Shown one piece after another: positions 27,832 through 37,017 of a stretch of DNA of 64,000 bases. The stretch lies in IMG/VR virus record IMGVR_UViG_3300017761_005636, positions 1 through 64,000 of that record; one strand, given 5' to 3'. This stretch comes from a virus (Duplodnaviria; Caudoviricetes). The notes under the pieces were generated by a model. That model was not told where the DNA came from and made no database searches. It worked only from the letters and a program-made list of their open reading frames with translations. Each line of letters opens with the position of its first letter. Position 1 is the first letter of the stretch. A program made the translations under genes and the position numbers.

Positions 27832-28657
27832 TAATTTTTAAAGCCTTGTCGTGAATTTTTTTAATTTGCTTTTCTTTTATATTGAGTAAATTACCAATCT
27901 GTTTGAAATTTAATTCAGGTTTTTCATCAAATCCATAAGTGTAACAGATAACCAATTTTTCAATTATATTCAATTTCTTAAAATTAATATTATTTAAATC
28001 AGATAAAGAATATATGAAATTTTCATCCATGATTGTTGATAATAATAAATCCTCATAATTTAAACCTTCGTCTGAATTTAAAGAAGTATTAATTGAAACA
28101 ATATTATTATCATCAATAGCATTGATTGATTTTGCCAATATTTCACTTGCAGTATTTTCTCCAATATCTTCTCTTATATCATCAATAGTTGGTTCAAAAC
28201 CATATTGATTATAAAATTTGTTTCTTGCTTTGAGAAATTTTTGATTTACAGTATGTGATTTGATTGGTTGTTTAATCATTTTAGATTCTTTACCAATACC
28301 TTCTAAAATAGACTGTTTAATCCACCATACAGCGTATGTACTGAATTGAAATCCTTTATATGGGTCAAAGTCTTCAACCGCCCTTATTAGTCCAATAGTG
28401 CCTGTATTAATTATATCGTTAAGTTCGTAAAAATAACCATTATGATAATATTTGGATACATTGAGAACAAATCTTAAATTATTATTTATTAACAATTTTT
28501 TTATTTCTGGACACTTTGTTTTTTGATATTTAAAAAACAAAACCATTTCATCTTTTTTAGAAATTAGTTTTATATTCCTGATTTCCTGATAATAAAGCTT
28601 TAATGATTCTGATGTATCTTTTGTTATTTTGACTGATTTTGAATTGATGCTTTTCAT
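27815..28657 (-). CDS. RpoD/RpoS-like sigma-70 factor lacking region 1.1
   Basis: SLKLYYQEI, NNLRFVLNVSKYY, G.IGLIRAVEDFDPYKGFQFSTYAVWWIKQSI; 280 aa. Confidence 0.92.
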   Translation of the reverse strand: MKSINSKSVKITKDTSESLKLYYQEIRNIKLISKKDEMVLFFKYQKTKCPEIKKLLINNNLRFVLNVSKYYHNGYFYELNDIINTGTIGLIRAVEDFDPYKGFQFSTYAVWWIKQSILEGIGKESKMIKQPIKSHTVNQKFLKARNKFYNQYGFEPTIDDIREDIGENTASEILAKSINAIDDNNIVSINTSLNSDEGLNYEDLLLSTIMDENFIYSLSDLNNINFKKLNIIEKLVICYTYGFDEKPELNFKQIGNLLNIKEKQIKKIHDKALKIIGNDL

Positions 28658-28673
28658 GAAAAGGAGATAATAG

Positions 28674-28704
28674 CAAATCTAAGAAAAAAATAAATAAAAG
28701 CAAA
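28674..28704 (-). promoter_or_regulatory. Bacteroidota-type housekeeping promoter TTTG-N19-TAGATTTG upstream of the RpoD-like sigma
   Basis: caaatcta at 28674-28681 and caaa at 28701-28704 on + strand; 19-nt spacer. Confidence 0.7.
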
Positions 28705-28711
28705 TAAAATT

Positions 28712-29011
28712 TTAGCTTTTTTTATTATATCTTTCATTTAAAATGATAATCAATTCTGACCATCGTTTTTCTATTGACATAATATTTTTTTCAAGATGTT
28801 CGCCTCTTTTTTTGTAATCTTCTTTTTTAACATTTTTGAAAAAGAAGTCATCCTCAATTGGTTGATTTTCAATATCTTCCAATAAAGAATTCAATTCATT
28901 TTGGTTTTTATCAAACTCATCAACTAGGTAGTTAATTGTTTGAGTTATATTTTCGTTTTTCTCTTTTAAAAAGGAAGAGATAGGTCTTTCTAAGATTTCA
29001 TTTAATTTCAT
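28712..29011 (-). CDS. hypothetical coiled-coil protein
   Basis: 99 aa; preceded on its own strand by ATATTTATA (29016-29024). Confidence 0.6.
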   Translation of the reverse strand: MKLNEILERPISSFLKEKNENITQTINYLVDEFDKNQNELNSLLEDIENQPIEDDFFFKNVKKEDYKKRGEHLEKNIMSIEKRWSELIIILNERYNKKS

Positions 29012-29032
29012 AATATATAAATATAAAATAAT

Positions 29033-29431
29033 TTATTGAATAACACCACCACCGAATGAATAATTTACTGTTTTTCCATATAATGGACCTATTGGTGTTG
29101 CAATAAGAACGTCAGTACCAGGAAAATCTGCTGTGTATACTTTACTGTATAATGTAATTTCATCAACAATAGCTTTTATAATTTCTCTTATTATTTCATC
29201 ATCATAATTTTTACTTCCATCAGGAAGTGTACCAACAAATAAACCAAGGTCTTTTTTCTTTTCTAAAACTTTAAACCATGCTCTATCAACCGATATGCCA
29301 GGTCTTATTCTAGAATTTGTAACAGTAAATGATGGTATTGAACCAAAATTAGGCAACTCTTTTATTGATAATATATTATCTAATGCAATGACTGCATTGT
29401 CCATTAATACTTTTGTATATTTTTCATTCAT
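29033..29431 (-). CDS. hypothetical protein, probable virion component
   Basis: RPGIS...W...G.LPDGS.N...I...IVDEI; in the gp6 operon. Confidence 0.6.
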   Translation of the reverse strand: MNEKYTKVLMDNAVIALDNILSIKELPNFGSIPSFTVTNSRIRPGISVDRAWFKVLEKKKDLGLFVGTLPDGSKNYDDEIIREIIKAIVDEITLYSKVYTADFPGTDVLIATPIGPLYGKTVNYSFGGGVIQ

Positions 29432-29435
29432 AATT

Positions 29436-30707
29436 TTATATTTGTGCTATTGTTGGAATACTACCAACACCTGTTAATGAAAGTAATACTTTTGTACGTC
29501 TTTCTAATTGTTCTCTTAATAATTTTATTGCAACTGAAACAACTACTCTTAAAATATTCTTTTTAACCCAATTAAAAATTACACAAAAGAACTCTTCATA
29601 AATCATATCAAAAATTTTTTCTAATAATGGTTTTAATTTTTGCATTATATCATTTATGTTACTTTCAAAATTAAAATTTAAATTTTGTAATTTTTCAAAG
29701 GTATTAATTATAAATAATATAACAGGTTGTTTTAAAATTATACTTAATAATGCTTCACCTAATGCGTTGATTAATTTCTTAAAGAAATCATTTTTTGCGT
29801 TTGTTAATGTTTCTTGAGTTGTTGAAACATTTAGTTCAGGTACTAAATCTGTAAATTTTTTTACGGTTGGTTGGGTAATTACATCATTTATTTGTTGTTG
29901 TGTAATTGTTATATTCTCCCTGTAACAACTTATATCAATATTATATCCTTCAATGGTAGAATCATTTTCAATATCTAATAATTTTTTTAAATCTAACTTA
30001 AAAATATCATCACTTTCATAATTTGTATATGAACGAATTAGTGTCAAAACTTGTGCATCTTCTTTTTTAAAATTTGTATGAAATAAAATTTTTATAATTT
30101 CACTAACAACAATTGATGAATTAAACATTGGTCCTATCATACCTCTCATTCCCTCAAATAATTCTAAAAGCTTTATATCAGGTAATCCTAGTCTTATTTC
30201 ATTTGTAGCATCATTATAATTCATTGAAATATTATATGGAATACCAACTAATGAAAAAGTTACATCTGAATTTGCTTTTGGTAATACTTGAGTTTTTATA
30301 AATTCAAAAAATGCATTTGTATTTTTTGTACCACCACTTAAATTACTATTTCTAAAACTATCAGTAGGGTCAATACTTTTAACAGGAATTTTCATTCCAT
30401 TTTGTTTTATGTCGGGTGGTAAAACACCTTTTTCGGCTAAACTATTACCAATTAAATCATATAATTTATCACTTAAATCATTTAATTTATTCTGTGATAA
30501 AATTTTACTAAGAACTACTTGTGTTAAAACTTCTAATCCGTTTTCACCCACACTTGCTTTAACAATATCAAATAAAAAATCAACAGGACTATTTGTAGTT
30601 GATAAAAGCGAATCAAAATTTTGACTATCAGTATCAACACTATTAGCTAAACTATAGTATATTTTTATTTTACTAATTATTTCCGATTTACTTGATGCTA
30701 TACTCAT
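29436..30707 (-). CDS. hypothetical helical protein, probable virion component
   Basis: 423-aa ORF directly downstream of gp6. Confidence 0.6.
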   Translation of the reverse strand: MSIASSKSEIISKIKIYYSLANSVDTDSQNFDSLLSTTNSPVDFLFDIVKASVGENGLEVLTQVVLSKILSQNKLNDLSDKLYDLIGNSLAEKGVLPPDIKQNGMKIPVKSIDPTDSFRNSNLSGGTKNTNAFFEFIKTQVLPKANSDVTFSLVGIPYNISMNYNDATNEIRLGLPDIKLLELFEGMRGMIGPMFNSSIVVSEIIKILFHTNFKKEDAQVLTLIRSYTNYESDDIFKLDLKKLLDIENDSTIEGYNIDISCYRENITITQQQINDVITQPTVKKFTDLVPELNVSTTQETLTNAKNDFFKKLINALGEALLSIILKQPVILFIINTFEKLQNLNFNFESNINDIMQKLKPLLEKIFDMIYEEFFCVIFNWVKKNILRVVVSVAIKLLREQLERRTKVLLSLTGVGSIPTIAQI

Positions 30708-30708
30708 A

Positions 30709-32526
30709 TTATCCTAATTTAGAAACTGTTATTTTTATATCCGTATTATATTTAATTTCAAAAATTCCATCATAAGAATTATAAAGTGTACCATCTGATA
30801 AATCAATTTCTTTGGTTGTATCATCTAAAAAATTTGTATTCATCTGATTTTTTGAGTAAGTACCAGATACTTTATTAAAACATTTAATTGAATTAATGTT
30901 TATTACATTAGGTACATTATTGATTGCTTCAATCAATCTACCAACATAAATATTTTCACCAATTTTAGATTTATATACAGAATGAAAATCTAAAACTTCT
31001 TTAATAACTCTAGCAATAATATCCAAATCATTTGTTGTTGTTTTTTCAACCAAAACATTAATATTATATGCTATATTATAAATTTGACCATCTTCAACTT
31101 CAATATAATCATTAACCATTCTGTATGATGTCAAAAATTCAGCAATATTTCCCTTTAAAAGGTCAGTAGATGTATTATTTAATTTACCATCATTTCCTAA
31201 ACCAATAATATTATAAATTATTTTATTATCTTTAAGTGATGTTGTAAATTTAAATGGAACACCATATCTACCATCCATTTTAAATAAAATTGCATAATAA
31301 TCTTCTAATGTAACTGCTCTATTTTGTGCAGAATAATTATAAGAAATCATATTTCTTATTTCATCAATATTAAGTGAATCTTTTCCACCTAAAGCAGGAA
31401 TTGGATTATTACAAGTTATTGAATTTATTACTGCTTGATTAATTGTATTGTTTATTCCATTAACAACAACATTTTTATTTGTAATAATATTTACACTATT
31501 TGGACCAAGATTAGTATTAAATCCACCACCTGTTCTATATTTTATAAAAATAGTACTATTTGCAGGTATTTTTTCACCTAATGCATTATTATATAAATAT
31601 GATTCAATTTTAGAAAAATTATCTAAATTTTCTAATGTATTATTGAATATATTTAAGTTACCATCACCTCCACCAAATGTTAATCTACAATTTCCATCTT
31701 CATTAAATTCTTTGATAAATTTTTTCTTTATTTTTTTCCAATTACCCTTTCTAACACCATTTTGTGATATTAAAGGTGATGTTTCAACAAATTTTTCAGT
31801 TTCAGCTAAATAATCAACTTCAAAATATTGTAAATCTTGGTCATTAAAATCATCGCTCGTTGGTAATGTGGTAATATTACCACTTTTAACAATAATTGAT
31901 GTTATATCAATTATATCATCTTCAGGAAGAATAAGTTGATAAAATGGTACAGATTCATCAATGTTTATAAATCTTCTTGCAATCTTACTTGTACCATTAT
32001 AAACTATTTCTCTCTTTGCAATTCTATATGCTGTAATTTCACTAAAATTATTTTGGATTGGAATAATAGTTCTATTATTAATCCCTTCGTTAGACACTTG
32101 TAATGTAAAATCTACATCATGTAATAATTCAAAAGAAACATTACCATTAGTAAATTGTGTTCCAGCTTTTACTATGGGTAAATAACTATCGTTATATGAG
32201 TCATTTTGAGCAGGAACTATAGCCTCAATATCAATTAATGTAATTGATGGTTTTTTATTTGGTAATTTAATACCTAAGTTTTTAGCAATGTTGAATAGAG
32301 ATTTTTTTAATTGTGCATTCTCAAGTTGTGTTTCTTGAAAAGTACGGTCAAGGTTAAAATATAACATTTCACTTGTACCTGCAAGAATATCAACAAAGAC
32401 AGACCCAACTGAATTATCCTCTAAATTTAGAAAAACATCGGGATAATTGGTTTTAACATAATTCTTTATCTCATCTTTTAATTCGTAAAAGTTTCTTTTG
32501 TTATAATTGAGAACAGTAGTTGCCAT
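30709..32526 (-). CDS. gp6: baseplate wedge subunit (T4 gp6)
   Basis: RNFYELKDEI..YV..NYP, F.LDRTFQE, LTFGGG, YRTGGG, GGKD....DEIR, QNRAVTLEDY. Confidence 0.9.
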   Translation of the reverse strand: MATTVLNYNKRNFYELKDEIKNYVKTNYPDVFLNLEDNSVGSVFVDILAGTSEMLYFNLDRTFQETQLENAQLKKSLFNIAKNLGIKLPNKKPSITLIDIEAIVPAQNDSYNDSYLPIVKAGTQFTNGNVSFELLHDVDFTLQVSNEGINNRTIIPIQNNFSEITAYRIAKREIVYNGTSKIARRFINIDESVPFYQLILPEDDIIDITSIIVKSGNITTLPTSDDFNDQDLQYFEVDYLAETEKFVETSPLISQNGVRKGNWKKIKKKFIKEFNEDGNCRLTFGGGDGNLNIFNNTLENLDNFSKIESYLYNNALGEKIPANSTIFIKYRTGGGFNTNLGPNSVNIITNKNVVVNGINNTINQAVINSITCNNPIPALGGKDSLNIDEIRNMISYNYSAQNRAVTLEDYYAILFKMDGRYGVPFKFTTSLKDNKIIYNIIGLGNDGKLNNTSTDLLKGNIAEFLTSYRMVNDYIEVEDGQIYNIAYNINVLVEKTTTNDLDIIARVIKEVLDFHSVYKSKIGENIYVGRLIEAINNVPNVININSIKCFNKVSGTYSKNQMNTNFLDDTTKEIDLSDGTLYNSYDGIFEIKYNTDIKITVSKLG

Positions 32527-32543
32527 TTAATAGTTATTTACCT

Positions 32544-32568
32544 TAAATAGTAAATTTTTTACTATTTA
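32544..32568. promoter_or_regulatory. divergent late promoter pair (TAAATAGTAAA-ttt-TTTACTATTTA)
   Basis: Perfect 11-bp inverted repeat between starts 32526(-) and 32580(+). Confidence 0.7.
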
Positions 32569-32579
32569 TAATAAACTAT

Positions 32580-33002
32580 ATGCCAAGACTTAAACGCTCC
32601 AAATTATCATTAACACAAGAAAGTATTGAGAAACATATGAATGAGGTTTATAGCATTCTTGAGAACTATAAACAAATGGGTGTGAGGCATTATAATTTTG
32701 TGCTTCGTATTATTGAAGAGTTAGGCTCAGACAGCATTGAAGACCCTGTAAGGCTTCAATTAATGGCGCAGCTTGAGCAGTCAAGGAACAATTCTTTGAA
32801 TGCGTTTAAAGAGTATTTAAAGATGAAAACAGACTTAATTACCAAACATCTTAATAGTGTTAAAATATTTGGTGATTTAGATATTAAAACTAATAAATCT
32901 AAAAATACTAGTGGTGATGATTCTTCTTTAAGTAAAGAAGACCAAGATGAGGTTCAGAAAATGATTCAAGAACTTATGACCATGAAGCAAACTAAATTCT
33001 AA
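32580..33002 (+). CDS. hypothetical helical protein (possible terminase small subunit)
   Basis: 140 aa, basic N-terminus, helical core, late motif upstream; function speculative. Confidence 0.55.
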   Translation: MPRLKRSKLSLTQESIEKHMNEVYSILENYKQMGVRHYNFVLRIIEELGSDSIEDPVRLQLMAQLEQSRNNSLNAFKEYLKMKTDLITKHLNSVKIFGDLDIKTNKSKNTSGDDSSLSKEDQDEVQKMIQELMTMKQTKF

Positions 33003-33571
33003 CTAAAAATTATAGAATTTAATTTTTCTGTATTTAATGTTGGATTTGGTGAATATGAAAAAATATCTATATGATTTAAAAAGATAATTGAATTATCTTC
33101 TTTATTCTTTATATTTATTTGTTTTAAATTCAAACCATGTTTATTTCCCAAATATAATATTAAATGACCAAGCGATTCGGTTTGGATTTTGGTGTATATT
33201 TCATAATAAGAAAATTCTTTACTTGATACAACTTCCTCAACATCTTTAACATCAATAATTTCATTGCACCAATTAAAAAATACATCATCTTCTTTTGAAA
33301 GTTTGCCTGAATTTTCAAGAGCAATAAAAATTGATGACTTGTTTATTTTTTCTATTGTTGTGAAATCAGAATAATATTTTTCATCAAATAATTTATGAAT
33401 ACTACCATCTCTTTTTACAATATAAGAAGGGGTGTAATCTTTCTTTTTTAATGATAAAATGTATTTATCAAAATTGCTTCTTAAAGAATCACAAATGATA
33501 ATATATTTTTTCTCAGTCTCTGACTTTATAAAATTATCAATAGGATTGATTAGAATTTCTTTAAGCATCAA
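32999..33571 (-). CDS. amidase_2-fold protein, probably catalytically degenerate
   Basis: YII..., SYIVKRDGSIHKL, N..SIFIALEN.G, YT..Q..SL..LI..L pattern; Zn-binding His absent. Confidence 0.6.
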   Translation of the reverse strand: MMLKEILINPIDNFIKSETEKKYIIICDSLRSNFDKYILSLKKKDYTPSYIVKRDGSIHKLFDEKYYSDFTTIEKINKSSIFIALENSGKLSKEDDVFFNWCNEIIDVKDVEEVVSSKEFSYYEIYTKIQTESLGHLILYLGNKHGLNLKQINIKNKEDNSIIFLNHIDIFSYSPNPTLNTEKLNSIIFS

Positions 33572-34280
33572 TGCACAATCTTTTCATTACCTTTCCTGTT
33601 AAAGCAACATCCATTTCACAATAGTCAACAATCTTTTTTAGATTCTTTTCTTTGTGGAATGTTGAACCAACCATTGACCCATCCATTGTATCTTTATGTG
33701 TTTCAAGACCTAAACAACTGGCAACGGCATCCAAAGAAACAAAATTTCTTGTATTCATTTGCCATAAAAGAAATATATCTTTAAATTTTGCTGATAATTC
33801 CCAAGGTTTCTTGTCAAAAATTCTAAAAATAGGTGGGATTTGTTTAATATTATTAATAAATGCCCTTTTTATAATAAAAGGTACATCAAATGTATTAATA
33901 TTATATCCAACAATGCAACTTGTTGGAGTTTTTGAAATCTTTTTGTTAATAAATGTAAAAAAGTTGTTAATAATTTCTGCTTCATTATATACAGATGAGA
34001 ATGAAATGGTTACTACTTCATCATCTTTGAATCCACCACAACTGATTACAACAATTTTACCATATTCTGAATAAAGAGGTGCTTTCTCAAAATAAATTTT
34101 ACTTAGAAGTTCATCAGTTAAGTCAGAACGATATTCATTATCAGCATACCATTTTGCTCTTTTTTGAAAACTTGCTGCTAATGCAGGTTTTAATTTTTTA
34201 CATTCTTCAAATGACGAAAATTCGGGTACGGTTTCAATGTCAATGATAATACCGTTTTCAATATCGTATCTTGTAATCAT
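33561..34280 (-). CDS. PolB-like 3'-5' exonuclease (RNase H fold)
   Basis: IDIETVP, GKIVVIS, GYN..FDVPFI..R, KPWE, SLD.VA..LG, YCEMDV. Confidence 0.88.
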   Translation of the reverse strand: MITRYDIENGIIIDIETVPEFSSFEECKKLKPALAASFQKRAKWYADNEYRSDLTDELLSKIYFEKAPLYSEYGKIVVISCGGFKDDEVVTISFSSVYNEAEIINNFFTFINKKISKTPTSCIVGYNINTFDVPFIIKRAFINNIKQIPPIFRIFDKKPWELSAKFKDIFLLWQMNTRNFVSLDAVASCLGLETHKDTMDGSMVGSTFHKEKNLKKIVDYCEMDVALTGKVMKRLCIDA

Positions 34281-34283
34281 AAA

Positions 34284-35873
34284 TTAATAAAGTACTTCGT
34301 TTGTAAAACTAAATCCTGAGTTTTCACATATTCCTAAAAGAAATCCTGGAAGTTGATTATTACCTAGTCTATCCAAAATAAACTCATCTACTGAGCAGAC
34401 AGATGGTAAAGAGATTTCCATATAATTTGTTCCTGCATTGAATGAAATTTCACTTGAATGCCAATGACCATTAACAACTAAATGATATCCTGATGTACCA
34501 ATACCATAAAGATTAACAAGTTCATGTCCTTTCTTCTTAATGATTTCAGCATCACCATGATGTGCAATAATACACAAATCATTCATATCATGATTTTGAT
34601 GTTTTTCAACATATACTTGTTTTCTTGGTATATTAAATTTGATAAAATCATCATTTTTAAATTCTCTTTCAATCATATGATAAGCAATTAAAGAACCAGT
34701 TCTTTCTTGGTCATCATCTCTATCCTTACCAATTCTATCGTGATTACCACCAATGTATGTAACAACAATTGGGAATTCATTTCCTAATTCTTTTCTTAAT
34801 ACATTTAAGAATTCAATTTGAGAATCAACACCAAAAATAAGTTGGTCAATACCTGTAATATCCATTGATTTAAGGTGTTCTGCTCTCATTCCACCTGTCA
34901 TGATTGATTCATACATATCACCACCAAAAAGAACATAAAGTTTATTAAGATTTTTAAATCTAATATAATCTACTGTCTTTTTAGCAATTTGTAACATTCT
35001 TTCATGTGCAATGTCTTTGTTGTAACCTCTACCAAATACAGGATTACTGTATTTCTTACCATAGTGAATATCAGAATACATTAGATAACAAATATCTGTA
35101 TATTGACCAAAAATTTGAGGTTTTGACAATTCATTTGTTTCTTCTCTTGTATAATATTTTTCAATACTTTCCTCAATAAACTTTTGAATATTTTTTAAAT
35201 CATGAATTTTTTCTTGACTTTCAAAATATTTCTTTTCAATAAATGAAGACCTTTTTTCAACAATTTTATTAAGACTTGCTGATGCTTTATTTTTCAATGC
35301 AAATTCAGCAATTTCTTCCTCTGTATGTTCTTCAAGAATATGCAAAGGAAAGAGCATATCTTTTGTGATGTTAAAACATCTGATAACTCTTTTAAATTGT
35401 TGAAATGTTAAATAAGGAAAGTAAGAAGAAACATTCATCATTGTCACATGAGGATAATATTGATGAATAGTTTCAAGTTGTTCTCTTGTTAGTTTACCAA
35501 CAAATGGTTTTTCTCCTTGAACATAGATTGTAAAAGAATAATCAATAATTTTGTTATCCTCATCACGATTACCTATCCAAGTACTTCTATTATCGTATTT
35601 CTCTTCTTTATCTACATCCACTCTATGAACAATGCTAGGTATTGTTTTAATACCTTTTAAAGAGTTATATTTATTTCTTAATTCAACCAATTCAAAATAT
35701 CTACTAGATTCTTTTATAGAATTACTTATAAATATTTTTTTAATAAAACCCTCATAAAAACCTAAATCAAGTTCGGCTTTATTGATAGACACATTATTTT
35801 GAAAACAGTAATTGAAGATTTTAATTGCATTTTCAATTCTATTCTCAACTGAAATATAATTTTGTGTATTCAT
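34284..35873 (-). CDS. calcineurin-like metallophosphoesterase with long N-terminal extension
   Basis: SDIHYG, GGDMYE, GGNHDR, HHGD, NGHWH. Confidence 0.85.
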   Translation of the reverse strand: MNTQNYISVENRIENAIKIFNYCFQNNVSINKAELDLGFYEGFIKKIFISNSIKESSRYFELVELRNKYNSLKGIKTIPSIVHRVDVDKEEKYDNRSTWIGNRDEDNKIIDYSFTIYVQGEKPFVGKLTREQLETIHQYYPHVTMMNVSSYFPYLTFQQFKRVIRCFNITKDMLFPLHILEEHTEEEIAEFALKNKASASLNKIVEKRSSFIEKKYFESQEKIHDLKNIQKFIEESIEKYYTREETNELSKPQIFGQYTDICYLMYSDIHYGKKYSNPVFGRGYNKDIAHERMLQIAKKTVDYIRFKNLNKLYVLFGGDMYESIMTGGMRAEHLKSMDITGIDQLIFGVDSQIEFLNVLRKELGNEFPIVVTYIGGNHDRIGKDRDDDQERTGSLIAYHMIEREFKNDDFIKFNIPRKQVYVEKHQNHDMNDLCIIAHHGDAEIIKKKGHELVNLYGIGTSGYHLVVNGHWHSSEISFNAGTNYMEISLPSVCSVDEFILDRLGNNQLPGFLLGICENSGFSFTNEVLY

Positions 35874-35877
35874 ACGA

Positions 35878-35885
35878 CAAATATA
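35878..35885 (-). promoter_or_regulatory. Bacteroidota -7 element TATATTTG, 4 nt before the ATG of the metallophosphoesterase
   Basis: caaatata on + strand; no clear -33 element. Confidence 0.5.
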
Positions 35886-35887
35886 AA

Positions 35888-36400
35888 CTATTTTTTAATC
35901 TTTTTGATTTTTTCTCTAATTTTAACAGCTAATTCGTAATTCTCTATTTTAAGAGCATCATCCAACTCCGATTGAAGTTCAATCTCCGTTTTTTTCCTTC
36001 TTTTTGTTTTTATTTTAAAAAGGTCAACAACATAAAGAGTTGTAAAATGTTCATCACCACCATAGTGAACTGTTACAGGAATAAGCAAATCAATGTAATC
36101 TTTTTTAATATGTTTCTTTTTATCTTCTATTGATATCTGTTCCCAAGTATTGATAAAGTCAATAAATTCAGTATCAACAAGAGTTCCTGTCAAATACATT
36201 ACTCTATGTGATTGTTCAAGTATTGGGTCAAGTGTTTCAAAAAACTCTTCTGTATTTTCATACTCTTTACCATACTCTTCAAAAAACTCATCAACATCTT
36301 CTGGTAATATCATTTCACAAGAGAAATATGAAAACATATTAATCGTTGTTAACAAATCAATATATATTTTTGGTTTATCTTTTTTAATATTCTTTTTCAT
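35888..36400 (-). CDS. hypothetical protein with C-terminal UvrB/UvrC (UVR) hairpin
   Basis: LQSELDDALKIENYELAVKIREKI; ATG 36400 preferred to 36451. Confidence 0.7.
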   Translation of the reverse strand: MKKNIKKDKPKIYIDLLTTINMFSYFSCEMILPEDVDEFFEEYGKEYENTEEFFETLDPILEQSHRVMYLTGTLVDTEFIDFINTWEQISIEDKKKHIKKDYIDLLIPVTVHYGGDEHFTTLYVVDLFKIKTKRRKKTEIELQSELDDALKIENYELAVKIREKIKKIKK

Positions 36401-37004
36401 AGTATTTTTTAAATGATGATTTTGCAAGTGCAATAGAATCTGTGATATCAAAATTTTCAGTTTTTAACTTACCGTTTTTGTTAAATAACCAAGAGATGTT
36501 TTCATAGTCTTTTGCAATCTTTTCAAAAATATAAGTTTTGGGGTCTACTTTCCTAGATTTAAATTTTAATGTAAACTTGTTTTTCTTTTCATCATATTCT
36601 GTCATTTCAGGACAGAATATCCTTCTAACTTCATCTACACTCATAAATTTAGGAATAATACCAAGAACATCTCTTAAAATGTAAGAACATATTCCATTAA
36701 ATTTAAGGAGTTTATTTACGGTATATACGTTATTTGATTTCACAAGAGGTTCTTCAACAAATATATCAATAATTTCGTAAATTTTTAATTCTTCAACAAA
36801 TTTTTTAAATCCATCACCCTTGGTGATTTCAGGGTCATCTTGACAATCTTTGTTTGTTGTCATTTTAAGTGCCTTTACAGAAGTAAGTTCAAAATTTTCA
36901 TTAAAAATTGAAACACCAATGCAACTTGTTGAAATATCAAAAGACACAAATACTCTATCTTTGGGTATCATAATCCCCAAATCTTTAAAATCAATAATTT
37001 CCAT
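36384..37004 (-). CDS. RuvC-like Holliday junction resolvase
   Basis: FDISTSCIG, IFVEEP, L..FNG, D.TDSIA. Confidence 0.8.
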   Translation of the reverse strand: MEIIDFKDLGIMIPKDRVFVSFDISTSCIGVSIFNENFELTSVKALKMTTNKDCQDDPEITKGDGFKKFVEELKIYEIIDIFVEEPLVKSNNVYTVNKLLKFNGICSYILRDVLGIIPKFMSVDEVRRIFCPEMTEYDEKKNKFTLKFKSRKVDPKTYIFEKIAKDYENISWLFNKNGKLKTENFDITDSIALAKSSFKKYYEKEY

Positions 37005-37017
37005 AACTTAAAATACG

